A stretch of DNA of 41,270 bases from a bacterium (GCA_023267755.1 JAHFMR010000006.1:1-41270), one strand, 5' to 3'. Shown: positions 1 to 9,087, counted from the first letter of the stretch. Notes: generated by a model not told the origin, from the sequence alone. Made by a program: numbers and translations.

Positions 1-454
1 ACCTGCCAACCGTTCTTCTGATTGAAGGCTGGCTTGGGGAAGTAGCGGTCGAGAGCGGAGGAGAGGGAGATAGAGACAGTGCCCTCTGGGGGGTGGTGGA
101 GGTAGAGGAAGGGGGAGTTGCCGACGAATACGTAAGAACCCGATAAGGCGCTTGTTACGAAGTTCTGAAACCCATTCAGCGTGAAATCATCTATTGCACT
201 TGCGCCATATCCGGCAGCATAAGTTTTCGTGCAGGTCAGAGAGAAAAAACAACAGGTTGGCCAAACCATCCATGCAAGTCTGTGTAAGTGACATTTTTAG
301 TGCAGGAATACCCTGCTGCCGTGAGACTGTCCACGGCATACGGTAGGCTCTCTACGCCTGAGCGAGTAAGAATCTGATCTGCTTTCACTGTTGGCACTTG
401 CAGGAAAAGAGTCGGGATGATTATCAGGGAGATTACTATGAAAACCTTTTTCAT
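1..454 (-). pseudogene. Secreted protein gene, apparently frameshifted near 237-250 and running off the window edge
   Basis: ORF 454-236 starts with a signal peptide (MKKVFIVISLIIIPTLFLQVPTVKA) behind GAGAGGA. It stops at GTTTTTTCTCTCTGA, while a second frame stays open from about 239 to base 1 (LTCTKTYAAGYG...NSPFLYLHHPPEG...QKNGWQV). Confidence 0.5.
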
Positions 455-497
455 ATCCTCTCATAGTACCACTGCTGAAGTGACTGTTTCCCACCAA

Positions 498-1601
498 TTA
501 CTGATACTGAATATAAATTGGTGCGGGAGTGAGGCCAAGTACTTCACCCGTGGTGAGTAGTCCGGTGGAGGGCGGCTTCAAGTCGGCTTTGTAGAAGAGC
601 TTGATGCCGGTGAACTGCACCGGCTCGGGGATGATGACGTGACTATAGGTCCCCTTCTTCTTAGCTTGTGAGCCCCAGCCGTCCATATCCATCACCACTT
701 GCACCTCCGGTAGCGGCCGTATCTGTTTATAATTCGTCACCATAGCTTCGGTGAAGCGATGCACGATAAGCACCTTCGGTGGGAGGTGATAGGCGTGCAC
801 GAGACTCGCGAGATAGCTCGCCGCGTAGTTCACGTCGGCGGCGTCGAAGGTGCCGATAACGGTGCCAGGCGGATTGCCGAACTTCATCGAGAACTCTGGG
901 TCGATAGCCAGATGCACGCGCGGCATACTTAAATATTTCTCGAGTTGCGGGAGCTCGTGCTGGAGTGTGCTCTGCCCTACCTGCACATCGAGGATGAGGA
1001 CGCCGTGTGCGCGGTCTGCCAAGTCGAGCGCGTGGTCGATCTGGTCGTCGGGCATCCGGAGGATATACTTCCCTTCCTTCCCTGCTGACCCTTGTGCCAC
1101 CACCGCGATGTATTGGATCGCGGGGAGCACCGGCGTGGTTGGGTCAGCCGCCTCCCACGTGGCCGTTGTGCTCGCGAGCATCGCAAGCATAGTGTCAGAC
1201 GGATACTCTCCGAGCACGCCCATCCTTGTGGAATAGAAATTGCCATAATACGCGACGATGCGCTTAAACGGGAAGATGGCATCGGTCCCGGGATAGACAG
1301 TGGGTACTGGCCACGCGCGCCCCGCTATAGACACGCTCGTTGTGGCAGTAGAAAATGGGGGGATTGGCGGAGTCGAACTGGCGGTCGTGGAGGCGACTCT
1401 CGCGGGAGGCGCGTAGTGCGCGAGCGCGAGCATACGCGCATTGTAGTCAGCCGTGTTGAACTCCGGCAGCGCGATGAACCGCTCGGGAGCGTCTGCCGCC
1501 TCAGAGCGATACTCGCTCATCACGAGACTAGAGAACGTCATCCCGTAGACGAGCACGAGTGTGGCAACACCCAGTCCGATTATCTGTACTCGTGTGCTCA
1601 T
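498..1601 (-). CDS. Membrane-anchored conserved hypothetical protein (possible glycoside-hydrolase-like barrel)
   Basis: 367-aa ORF: N-terminal TM helix, S/T/P linker, globular domain with RIVAYYG, HLAIDPEF and DMDGWG motifs. Confidence 0.6.
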   Translation of the reverse strand: MSTRVQIIGLGVATLVLVYGMTFSSLVMSEYRSEAADAPERFIALPEFNTADYNARMLALAHYAPPARVASTTASSTPPIPPFSTATTSVSIAGRAWPVPTVYPGTDAIFPFKRIVAYYGNFYSTRMGVLGEYPSDTMLAMLASTTATWEAADPTTPVLPAIQYIAVVAQGSAGKEGKYILRMPDDQIDHALDLADRAHGVLILDVQVGQSTLQHELPQLEKYLSMPRVHLAIDPEFSMKFGNPPGTVIGTFDAADVNYAASYLASLVHAYHLPPKVLIVHRFTEAMVTNYKQIRPLPEVQVVMDMDGWGSQAKKKGTYSHVIIPEPVQFTGIKLFYKADLKPPSTGLLTTGEVLGLTPAPIYIQYQ

Positions 1602-1644
1602 AGCGTCAGCTTATTCTAGCCGACTTGAGCAAAAAACGTTATGG

Positions 1645-4242
1645 CTAGGGGAAGACGAGATGGTAGGCCTTCACAATCAGACTTCTTAAGAAACCGAGGA
1701 AAGATTGCGAGGACTGCGCGTTGGCAACGGCGGCTGTCCCATTGGTAAGGTCGACAAACCCTGGCACGGTACCCACTCCTGATGACGGCGCGACCGAAGC
1801 GCCCGGCTTCTTCTTGCCAATTATTGCCGGAGTCTTTGTGCGCGCAGGAGTGGTGGTCGAGACGACAGGGCTGTGGATAACCGCCGAAATGCTCAAGATG
1901 CTCCCCGACGAAGTCGCATTTGTTGGCAAAAGCGATGCGAACCAGCCGATTGACCCGTTGTTGACTACGGCACCCCCTGCCCCGCTGCCTCCCGCTCCTG
2001 CTCCGCCGCCCGGAGCCACTGGAAGAGCTGCGACAGTTACTGGCGTTGAGAAGGTGGACACGAGACCGAAGGAGTCGGTGAGAGTGAGCGTCACGGTGTA
2101 AGTGCCCGCAGCAGCGTAGGTGTGTGCGGGAGTATCACCGATGAGCGCCACGGTCGTCGTCGCTCCCGAGCCATCGCCGAAGTTCCAGGTGTAGTTCCAC
2201 GAGTCGCCAAGTGTCCCTCCGCTGTTAGCATCACTGCTCGCATCAGTAATCGTGACAGCAAGCCCGGCGGCAGTGGTTGAGAAAGACGCGATGGGCGGAT
2301 AGTTAAGAAGATTGGCGAGCGGCGTCGAGGTCGCGATGATGATAGGTGCGCCTCCACCAACCGGGATGATAGAGCCCGAGAGGATGACGTTGTTCACCAC
2401 AACCGCGTTGATGAGAGTCGTATTAGATAGTGTCGAATTGGTCACGCTGGAGTTCGTGAGAAGTACGTTCGTGAGTGTCGAGGAAGCGATGTCCCACCAC
2501 GTGGAGAGCGTTGAGCCGGTGATAGTCGAGCCAGTTGTTGAAGCGGCCACAGCCTGAGCGAGCGTCGGAGAGAACACGCCGTAGTAGGTGCCGCCGATGG
2601 TCGAATTGGTGTAAAGCACGTTTGAATCAGAAAGGATGATTGGGCCGTAGACTGCCGATGGCGAAACGCTACCGGAAGTGTCGACTGAGCGCACGTGGAA
2701 GTAGTAGGTGTTGTACGGGAGGACAGCGAAGGTCGTCGATGTTGCCGCAGTATTTATCACCACACCTGGGACTGTGGTACTTGCCGAATCGAGGAGGAAT
2801 GCGTATCCGCCGATGCCGGGTCCGCCCACGTCAGTAGCGTCTGCCCACTGGATAGTCGCTGACGTGAGCGGCGAGATAGTCCCCGCGACAGGATTGGCCG
2901 AGACGAATACTGGTGTTGAAGGGAGCACTACTGGCAGCACTGCGCCCTGCACCGAGAACTGCGCATCAATCGTGTGGGCGGCGGCAATGGCGGCAAAGGT
3001 ATAGGTGGTGGAGGTGGCGATGGCAGTGCCGTCGATGGTAAGGGAGGCAATGTCATAGCCTGCTGCTGGGGTGATGGTGTACGTCTGCGAGGCGCCAGAG
3101 GCAACGGTGGTGGTGCCGAGCGGAGTCACCGATCCGTTGGTGCCGCTGGTGGCCACCAGGGCAAAGGTGACTGGTGGCGGGACGATAGCGGCATTGAAGA
3201 CCGCCACCGCTGCGGTGAGCGTCACCACCTCAGCATCTATCGTCGTTTGCGGCGAAGAGGTTGTAAGTGCGAGCGCGATATTGACTGCGTTTGTAAGCGT
3301 CGCACTCGAACCGACAATATGATTGCCCGGCACCACTCCTTCGACAACCCCTACAAGCGCCGCGTTTGCGATACCGATCTCGGCGTTGAGCGTTGTGAGA
3401 TTAGACGGGGGGACGACTGCGGCGTTGAAGGCGGCGAGAGCCGCAGCGAGTGTCGCGGCGGCTGTGTTGACCGTCAACTGTGGCTGAGCGCCCGTCACCG
3501 CCTGTGCGACCGCTATCGCGGTCGCGAGCGTCGCACTCGAACCAACGAGATGGTTTCCTGGCGTCGCTCCCTCGACAACGCCAACGAGCGCCGTGTTCGC
3601 AAGGATGACCTCAGTAGCGAGTACCGATGTGTCTGACAACGGAACAATTGCTGCGTTGAAGGCGGCGATTGCGTTGCTGAGCATCGTCGTTGCGGCATCG
3701 ATCGATGCCTGATCATTGTTCGCGCTCAGCGCACTTGCTGCTGCGATTGCTGCGGCGAGCACTGCTGAAGAACCGATTGTGTGTTGGCCAGGCGTCGTTC
3801 CTTCGGTCGAGCTCGCAAGCGTTGTGTTCGCGGCAGTGATTTCAGCGTTAAGCGCGAGAACATTTGATGGCGAAACAATCGACGCGTTGAAGGCCGCGAG
3901 GGCATCCATAAGCGCTGTCGTCGCCGAATTAACAGCCGACTGATCCCCGCTGCTCATCGCCGCATTTGCCGCCGTGATAGCGGCATTAAGCGCCGCTATC
4001 GAACCGGGTGTGTGTTGTCCCGGCAATGTCCCCTCAGTAACACCAACCAAAGCCGCAGTCGCAATCCCTATCTGCGAGTTAAGCGCTGTGTGATTTGCCG
4101 GCACCACGAGAATGATGATCGGCGGAGGTGGCGGCGGGGCGAACTGTGCCCGCGCGAACCCTGGTGCGGCAAGGAGAAAAAGCACCAGTACCGGCGCTAT
4201 CGCGACTGTATATGCTGCTTTCTTCAGGCCTGCACCCGTCAT
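1645..4242 (-). CDS. Large secreted/surface protein: 4 FIVAR-like helical repeats, InlB-B-repeat-like domain, Fn3-like domain, PKD domain
   Basis: Signal peptide; four repeats of about 78 aa (EGxxPGxHxxGS...AFNAAIV); YTITPAAGYDIASLTIDG; TYYFHVRSVD; PKD motif YTWNFGDG...HTYAAAGTYTVTLTLTD. Confidence 0.8.
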   Translation of the reverse strand: MTGAGLKKAAYTVAIAPVLVLFLLAAPGFARAQFAPPPPPPIIILVVPANHTALNSQIGIATAALVGVTEGTLPGQHTPGSIAALNAAITAANAAMSSGDQSAVNSATTALMDALAAFNASIVSPSNVLALNAEITAANTTLASSTEGTTPGQHTIGSSAVLAAAIAAASALSANNDQASIDAATTMLSNAIAAFNAAIVPLSDTSVLATEVILANTALVGVVEGATPGNHLVGSSATLATAIAVAQAVTGAQPQLTVNTAAATLAAALAAFNAAVVPPSNLTTLNAEIGIANAALVGVVEGVVPGNHIVGSSATLTNAVNIALALTTSSPQTTIDAEVVTLTAAVAVFNAAIVPPPVTFALVATSGTNGSVTPLGTTTVASGASQTYTITPAAGYDIASLTIDGTAIATSTTYTFAAIAAAHTIDAQFSVQGAVLPVVLPSTPVFVSANPVAGTISPLTSATIQWADATDVGGPGIGGYAFLLDSASTTVPGVVINTAATSTTFAVLPYNTYYFHVRSVDTSGSVSPSAVYGPIILSDSNVLYTNSTIGGTYYGVFSPTLAQAVAASTTGSTITGSTLSTWWDIASSTLTNVLLTNSSVTNSTLSNTTLINAVVVNNVILSGSIIPVGGGAPIIIATSTPLANLLNYPPIASFSTTAAGLAVTITDASSDANSGGTLGDSWNYTWNFGDGSGATTTVALIGDTPAHTYAAAGTYTVTLTLTDSFGLVSTFSTPVTVAALPVAPGGGAGAGGSGAGGAVVNNGSIGWFASLLPTNATSSGSILSISAVIHSPVVSTTTPARTKTPAIIGKKKPGASVAPSSGVGTVPGFVDLTNGTAAVANAQSSQSFLGFLRSLIVKAYHLVFP
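3181..4101 (-). repeat. Four tandem intragenic repeats of about 234 bp (FIVAR-like units)
   Basis: Aligned translated repeats; boundaries approximate. Confidence 0.75.
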
Positions 4243-4295
4243 AAGGAGATTTCTGCTAAATCCTGATAATTCTGAACTTCCGAACTAATAGCCTA

Positions 4296-4322
4296 TAAAG
4301 GACATTGAGGAAATGTCCTTTA
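4296..4322. repeat. Intergenic palindrome TAAAGGACATT-GAGGA-AATGTCCTTTA (GGACAT-type)
   Basis: Perfect 11-bp stem; shares GGACAT...GTCC with elements at 5770 and 41215. Confidence 0.6.
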
Positions 4323-4464
4323 GATTACGCACCTTCATATGTCGAGAACACCGCACAGTGACTCACTTTTTTACTGATGACTGACCTTCCGAGAGAGCTC
4401 GAGAGGTGAAAGAACAGGGCCGAGAAAGGGCTGTTCAAATAGAAACGAAGAAGCTAGCTACGAT

Positions 4465-4734
4465 TCAGCGTACTCCGAGCTGTCCCTTTGTCAAATCGAG
4501 CTTCTTGGTGCGTGTCCAGCTCTTAATTTCTGCCTCCCTCTTCAGCGCCGCACTCCGGCTCGGAAGTGTCTCGGTATAGAGGATACGTCGCGCGCCTCTG
4601 GCGCGTGTATAGTGCGCTCCTGTACCGCTCTTGTGCTCGGCCAAGCGTCGGGCGATATCGATCGTCACGCCTGTATAGAGCGTTCCATCATTGCACTCGA
4701 GCACATAAACGAAATAAGGCTTCGTCGCTCCCAC
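4465..4734 (-). CDS. GIY-YIG nuclease family protein (UPF0213/YhbQ-like)
   Basis: YFVYVLECNDGTLYTGVTIDIARRLAEH and ALKREAEIKSW motifs; GTG start. Confidence 0.9.
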   Translation of the reverse strand: MGATKPYFVYVLECNDGTLYTGVTIDIARRLAEHKSGTGAHYTRARGARRILYTETLPSRSAALKREAEIKSWTRTKKLDLTKGQLGVR

Positions 4735-4756
4735 GTTAGGGTAAGTTCATATTTTG

Positions 4757-4827
4757 CTGCCAGGCAGGGAATCGAACCCCAATTCACGGCTTCAAAGGCC
4801 GCTGTCCTACCGTTAGACGACCTGGCA
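4757..4827 (-). tRNA. tRNA-Gln(TTG)
   Basis: TGCCAGG/CCTGGCA acceptor stem, anticodon loop CT-TTG-AA, GGTTCGATTCC T-arm. Confidence 0.95.
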
Positions 4828-4859
4828 ATAGATAAACTTTAGCACTCTTTAGTAATTAG

Positions 4860-5663
4860 TTAAGACCCACAAACAGCGCGCAGGTCGGCGAGGTCGGCTG
4901 TGGTGGGCGCTAAGTTACCGCTCTCGTTCTTGGCGAACATAATCGACTTGGGGTCGCTGTTGTGTCCGAGACCGATAGCGTGACCGAACTCGTGCGCGAG
5001 CACCCGTTCGAGCTGGAGGGTGCCAACAAACTCGAAGATGTTGATGCGTTCGCCCGAGACATCGCGAGAGTATTGTCCCTCCTCGAAGGTGCGCCCAGCA
5101 CTCTGGTTGAACTGTGCTACCACCGCGTTTAAGTCAGCAACGCCTTTGTTGAAGACGGCAACCTGATTATTGATGGTGTCCCCGAGCGCGTTCAGCGAGT
5201 CGCGCTCGGCGTTCAGTGTGGCTAGCTCGCTCGCTGTAGCGCCGCCGCGCGCGTTTACCGTCGCCACCTCCTGATTGTAGGTGGTCTGCCGCGCTGCGTA
5301 GTCAGCCTGGAGCGAGTCGAGTGTCGTGCGCGCGGCGTCGGCATTAGCCTGCTCTCGCGCTATCTCGGTGCCGAATTTAGCGTTCGCCTCGCGCGAGTCG
5401 TAGATGAGATTGACCTTCAATGCTGCGGTCGGATCATAGGTGAGGATCGTCTTTCCTGCTGCTTTGTTCCAGATCGCCACCGCAGTCTTGGTGTTGGTGA
5501 TGAGTTCAGTCTTCGTGATATCAAAGCGCGGATCCACCGTACCGATAGCATATGGGATTGGGTGCACACACGAACGCGTCTGCTGGTAGAAGTAATATGC
5601 TCCGCCTCCCACCGTGAGCGCGATAGTTACGACGATAAGCCAACGCAGTGCCTTTCCTATCAT
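4860..5663 (-). CDS. Matrixin-family (M10-like) zinc metalloprotease with coiled-coil insert
   Basis: N-terminal TM, HEFGHAIGLGH zinc motif, SIM Met-turn. Confidence 0.88.
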   Translation of the reverse strand: MIGKALRWLIVVTIALTVGGGAYYFYQQTRSCVHPIPYAIGTVDPRFDITKTELITNTKTAVAIWNKAAGKTILTYDPTAALKVNLIYDSREANAKFGTEIAREQANADAARTTLDSLQADYAARQTTYNQEVATVNARGGATASELATLNAERDSLNALGDTINNQVAVFNKGVADLNAVVAQFNQSAGRTFEEGQYSRDVSGERINIFEFVGTLQLERVLAHEFGHAIGLGHNSDPKSIMFAKNESGNLAPTTADLADLRAVCGS

Positions 5664-6706
5664 TCTCCTTGATAGAGCTCCAGGACCGCAAGCTCCAGAG
5701 GTAGGGCGGGGATTGGCGCGTAACGGATGCGTTCTGCAGCAGTAAGGAAGGCAAGCATCGTCGCGTGAGTAATGTGGGACATCGTAAGTCCCACATTAGG
5801 GTTGGCGAACTTCTCAAGCGCAGCGAACTCATCAGTGCCAAGCTCTTGCTCGAGCTCTTCGCGCAGATCAGGCGCGTAGCGGATAAGCAGTGTGGTGCGC
5901 AGGGCCTCGAGCACCAGCTCGAGATAGAGCTTCATATCCGCACCGGCCTTTGCTGTCTTCTCGATAGCGGCGAGCGCCTTGCCTCGCTCGCCCGCGGCGA
6001 GCGCGCTGATGAGCGCGTGTACCTGTTCCTGTTTAGGCGCTCCCGTCACCTCCTCGACTATCTCGCGTGAGAGTTGCTTGGAGGTCCGGCCTCCAAGTGT
6101 TTTTTGGAGGATCGAGAGCGCGTCGCGATATGAACCGTCGCCCAGAAGCGCAATAAGCTCGGCGGCATCTGGAGCGAGCGTGTAGCCCTCCTTCTTCGCG
6201 ACTGCCACGACCATTTTGGCCGCTACAGCACGCGTCGGCTTCTTAAACTCGAACACCTGACAACGTGATTGCACGGTCTCGGGTACCTTCTCGAGCTCGG
6301 TCGTCGCGAGGATAAAGACTGCGTGTGCGGGCGGCTCCTCGAGCGTCTTGAGAAAGGCGTTCCACGCGCCCTTGGAGAGCATATGCACCTCGTCGAGAAT
6401 GTAGACCTTGTAGGGAGAGGAGAACGGGAGCGTGTAGACACCCTCGGTGAGCGCGCGGATATCCTCGACACTATTGTTACTCGCGGCATCAATCTCGTAG
6501 AGATCATTCTCACCACAGCCGATCTCGCGCGCGAAGATGCGTGCCACTGAGGTCTTACCTAGCCCGCGACTACCGGCAAAGAGGTAGGCGTGCCCGATTG
6601 TTTTACTCCTCGCTGCCTCTGCAAGCGGCTTGGTGACCTGCTCCTGCCCGACAACATCTGCGAAGGTCGCAGGTCGATGCGTTCTATATAAACTCTGATG
6701 CGCCAT
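5660..6706 (-). CDS. dnaX: DNA polymerase III subunit gamma/tau
   Basis: LYRTHRPATFADVVGQ, GSRGLGKT, EIDAAS, DEVHMLS, SRCQ; start set at ATG 6706 downstream of TGnTATACT. Confidence 0.95.
   Translation of the reverse strand: MAHQSLYRTHRPATFADVVGQEQVTKPLAEAARSKTIGHAYLFAGSRGLGKTSVARIFAREIGCGENDLYEIDAASNNSVEDIRALTEGVYTLPFSSPYKVYILDEVHMLSKGAWNAFLKTLEEPPAHAVFILATTELEKVPETVQSRCQVFEFKKPTRAVAAKMVVAVAKKEGYTLAPDAAELIALLGDGSYRDALSILQKTLGGRTSKQLSREIVEEVTGAPKQEQVHALISALAAGERGKALAAIEKTAKAGADMKLYLELVLEALRTTLLIRYAPDLREELEQELGTDEFAALEKFANPNVGLTMSHITHATMLAFLTAAERIRYAPIPALPLELAVLELYQGE
5770..5798. repeat. Palindrome inside dnaX: TAATGTGGGAC-ATCGTAA-GTCCCACATTA
   Basis: 11-bp stem; 17-nt core GGGACATCGTAAGTCCC identical to the intergenic copy within 41215-41235. 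Confidence 0.85.
6077..6097. repeat. Palindrome inside dnaX: CTTGGAGG-TCCGG-CCTCCAAG
   Basis: 8-bp perfect stem; AGGT-CCG-GCCT core resembles AGGT-TCA-ACCT at the transposase. Confidence 0.65.
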
Positions 6707-6824
6707 AGTGTCCAAAGTATAGCAAAGATAGTGAATTGACTTGCTTCTTTTAGAATTGCTTGACTTTATATATGTATGATGTTTAACTATACGTAGTCAA
6801 TCTTGACCTTTCCGGGAGCGCGTT

Positions 6825-7238
6825 ATGTCACAGATTCTGTGGGCTTTTGCAATCGGCTGTGGCTTCGTCCTGTGGCCGATTGCCGGGAAATTCCTCGGTA
6901 TGAACGGTTCCTGGGTAACCACAATCGTAGTCGTAGGAACATCCCTAAGTGCACTTGCTCTGGCTAGTCAATCGGCAATGGCGAGCGGAGTTCCTTCGAT
7001 ACGGAGTTGTCTACTGCTTCTGATCGCGGGAGTTGTGAACGGGGTCGCTCTGTATTTCTACAGTGTGAAGGCGGCTGACCCCCTCGTCTCAACCGGTGTG
7101 TTCATTACGACAGTGACGACCGTCATGCTAGTCATGGGGCCAGTCCTTGGCTATTTCCTGAACGGAGAAACGCTTTCCTCAAGACAGGTTGCTGGACTCA
7201 TTGGTGCTGTTGTGTCGGTTTATCTTCTTGCAGGATAA
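6825..7238 (+). CDS. Small multi-pass membrane protein, EamA/DMT-like
   Basis: 137 aa, about 5 hydrophobic helices, C-terminal LGYFLNGETLSSRQVAGL typical of the DMT superfamily; GGGAG upstream. Confidence 0.7.
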   Translation: MSQILWAFAIGCGFVLWPIAGKFLGMNGSWVTTIVVVGTSLSALALASQSAMASGVPSIRSCLLLLIAGVVNGVALYFYSVKAADPLVSTGVFITTVTTVMLVMGPVLGYFLNGETLSSRQVAGLIGAVVSVYLLAG

Positions 7239-7256
7239 GGAGGCCTGCGACTTCAT

Positions 7257-7278
7257 GGGGCACACTTCGGTGTGTCCC
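7257..7278. terminator. Hairpin between convergent genes
   Basis: GGGGCACAC-TTCG-GTGTGTCCC with a UUCG loop; weak U-tract. Confidence 0.55.
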
Positions 7279-8237
7279 TAACTATTTATAAGTTGTTCCA
7301 GCTCGGCGGCGGTGTTCGCCTCCATCAGCTTGGCGCGCAGGTCGGCGGCGCCGGGATAGCCGGTGATAAATGCTTTGATGTGTTTCTTCAATATTGAAAA
7401 GTTCTTGGAGGGTCTAAGCTGTTCGAAGAGGCGAGCGAGCTCAGTAAGCGCCGCGAGCTTCTCGACAAGCGGTGTGTCCTCGCTCTTACGGCCAGCAAAG
7501 ACCCAGGGGTTCCCGAACATCCCGCGACCGATCATCACGCCGTCGCAATCGGTCTCTGCCGCGAGCCGCTTCCCTTCTTCGACACTTTGCACATCGCCAT
7601 TGCCGATAAGGAGCGTATCGGGAGCGAGCGCGTCTCGGAGTGCTACTGCCCGCTTCATACGCTCCCAGTCGGCAGGTACGAGCGAGAGCTCCTTGCGCGT
7701 GCGCAGGTGGAGCGTGAGCGTAGCCGGCTGTGCCAGAAGAATCGGCGTGAGCCATTCCTCAAGTGTCTCCTTGTGGTAGCCGATGCGCGTCTTCACCGAC
7801 ACTGGGAGCCCCGCGGTCTTAGCGACGGCGATAAGCTCCACTGCAAGCGCCGGCGTCTTGATGAGTGCGGCGCCTGCGCCCTGTCGCTCGATGGCTCTAT
7901 CGGGACAGCCCATATTAAGGTCAACGCCATCGAAGCCGAGTTCGGCGACAAGCTTCGCGGCGTACGCGACCATCTCGGGCTTGCTTGAGAATATTTGCGC
8001 GACGATCGGATGTTCTTGCTCACTGTAAACGAGGTCGCGCATCAGCGGATTTTCAGCATCCGGCATCTTGGCGATCTCGCGTGTATGATACAGCCCGTCA
8101 GCCGAGACGAACTCGGTCCAGAAAACGTCCGGCTTGCCACGCGTGGCGACGAGCGCGCGGAAGGCCGCGTCGGTGACGTCGGCCATCGGCGCCATCACGA
8201 AGAACGGCTTCGCCAAGCGATTCCAAAAAGATTCCAT
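7278..8237 (-). CDS. dusB: tRNA-dihydrouridine synthase (DusB-like)
   Basis: MAPMADVTD, DLNMGCP, PVSVKTRIG, NGDV, DGVMIGRG. Confidence 0.9.
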   Translation of the reverse strand: MESFWNRLAKPFFVMAPMADVTDAAFRALVATRGKPDVFWTEFVSADGLYHTREIAKMPDAENPLMRDLVYSEQEHPIVAQIFSSKPEMVAYAAKLVAELGFDGVDLNMGCPDRAIERQGAGAALIKTPALAVELIAVAKTAGLPVSVKTRIGYHKETLEEWLTPILLAQPATLTLHLRTRKELSLVPADWERMKRAVALRDALAPDTLLIGNGDVQSVEEGKRLAAETDCDGVMIGRGMFGNPWVFAGRKSEDTPLVEKLAALTELARLFEQLRPSKNFSILKKHIKAFITGYPGAADLRAKLMEANTAAELEQLINS

Positions 8238-8259
8238 CGCTTTACCGTATCAGAAAGCG

Positions 8260-9087
8260 TTACGGTTTGCCTACCGCCTGCCTCTTTACGTAGACTCGCC
8301 CGTTAAAGCGCAGGTCAACATATTCAATCGAGCTATCAGCGAGATTGACACTCTTTTGCGCCGATACGAGCGCGGTGAAAGCGTCCTGCTCGTGGGCGAG
8401 CAAGTAGGTAATCCGCGTTCCACTCGCGAGGTAGTCATCCACCTCATCGCCTCTAATGGCAATGCCGGCAACTGACCCGCCGAGCGTCGCGAGCTGGCGC
8501 GCGAAATCAAATGTGGATGGCAGATCAAGCGCGTTTGGAAGTGTAGAGGTAAGAGGGTCGGCTACGTCACCGAGCGGCTCGTATACTGCAAAAGCGTTCA
8601 CTGGTTGGAGCGCACTCGTTGTGGCGAAGATGAATCCACTCGCGTCAAAGAGATAGCATGTCGACGAGGAAAATGTGCCCCTTGTGGTGAGCGGGGTCGA
8701 ACCACACCAGCGCGCGATAGGAACACGGTCACTTACCTTTATCGAGAGTCCAGTGAAGCCATTACGGAAGATGGAGACAGCCGCGATATCTGGGTGGAGC
8801 GCGATTATATCGGAACGGATGCGCGACGCTGGGAAAAAGAGTGTGGAGTCGCGTGGGATGAGCCCGAGATATTTCCCCTGCATCGCGAGTGTAGCGATGT
8901 CGGCATAGGATTGGTCTGCACCGTACATCTGCACGTGCGCGATGCGTAGCACGCTCTGATTCAGCTCGTAGATAATCCCTGCACAAAGTAGTAGTAAGAG
9001 GACGGCGAGGACAAACGGCATACGCCGACGTGTGCGACGACGACGCGCGGCGAGCGACTCGCGGCGCAGACTACTGTGCTTTTCCAC
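8260..9087 (-). CDS. Cell division FtsQ/DivIB-like protein
   Basis: Basic N-terminus, single TM, POTRA-like region, C-terminal IEYVDLRFNGRVYVK. Start uncertain (GTG 9087 overlaps the serS end). Confidence 0.7.
   Translation of the reverse strand: MEKHSSLRRESLAARRRRTRRRMPFVLAVLLLLLCAGIIYELNQSVLRIAHVQMYGADQSYADIATLAMQGKYLGLIPRDSTLFFPASRIRSDIIALHPDIAAVSIFRNGFTGLSIKVSDRVPIARWCGSTPLTTRGTFSSSTCYLFDASGFIFATTSALQPVNAFAVYEPLGDVADPLTSTLPNALDLPSTFDFARQLATLGGSVAGIAIRGDEVDDYLASGTRITYLLAHEQDAFTALVSAQKSVNLADSSIEYVDLRFNGRVYVKRQAVGKP
8683..8706. repeat. Palindromic element inside ftsQ-like gene: TGTGGT-GAGCGGGGTCGA-ACCACA
   Basis: 6-bp stem around a TGAGyGGrkTCGAA core shared with 39385-39409; encodes CGSTPLTT. 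Confidence 0.65.

Noticed and set aside
236-238. TGA recoding (genetic code 25)
   Set aside because: Read-through soon meets TAG, and TGA terminates clear genes such as dnaX and infB.
4323-4464. Possible riboswitch upstream of the surface protein gene (GAACAG/CTGTTC stem)
   Set aside because: Only a short stem; no recognisable aptamer consensus.
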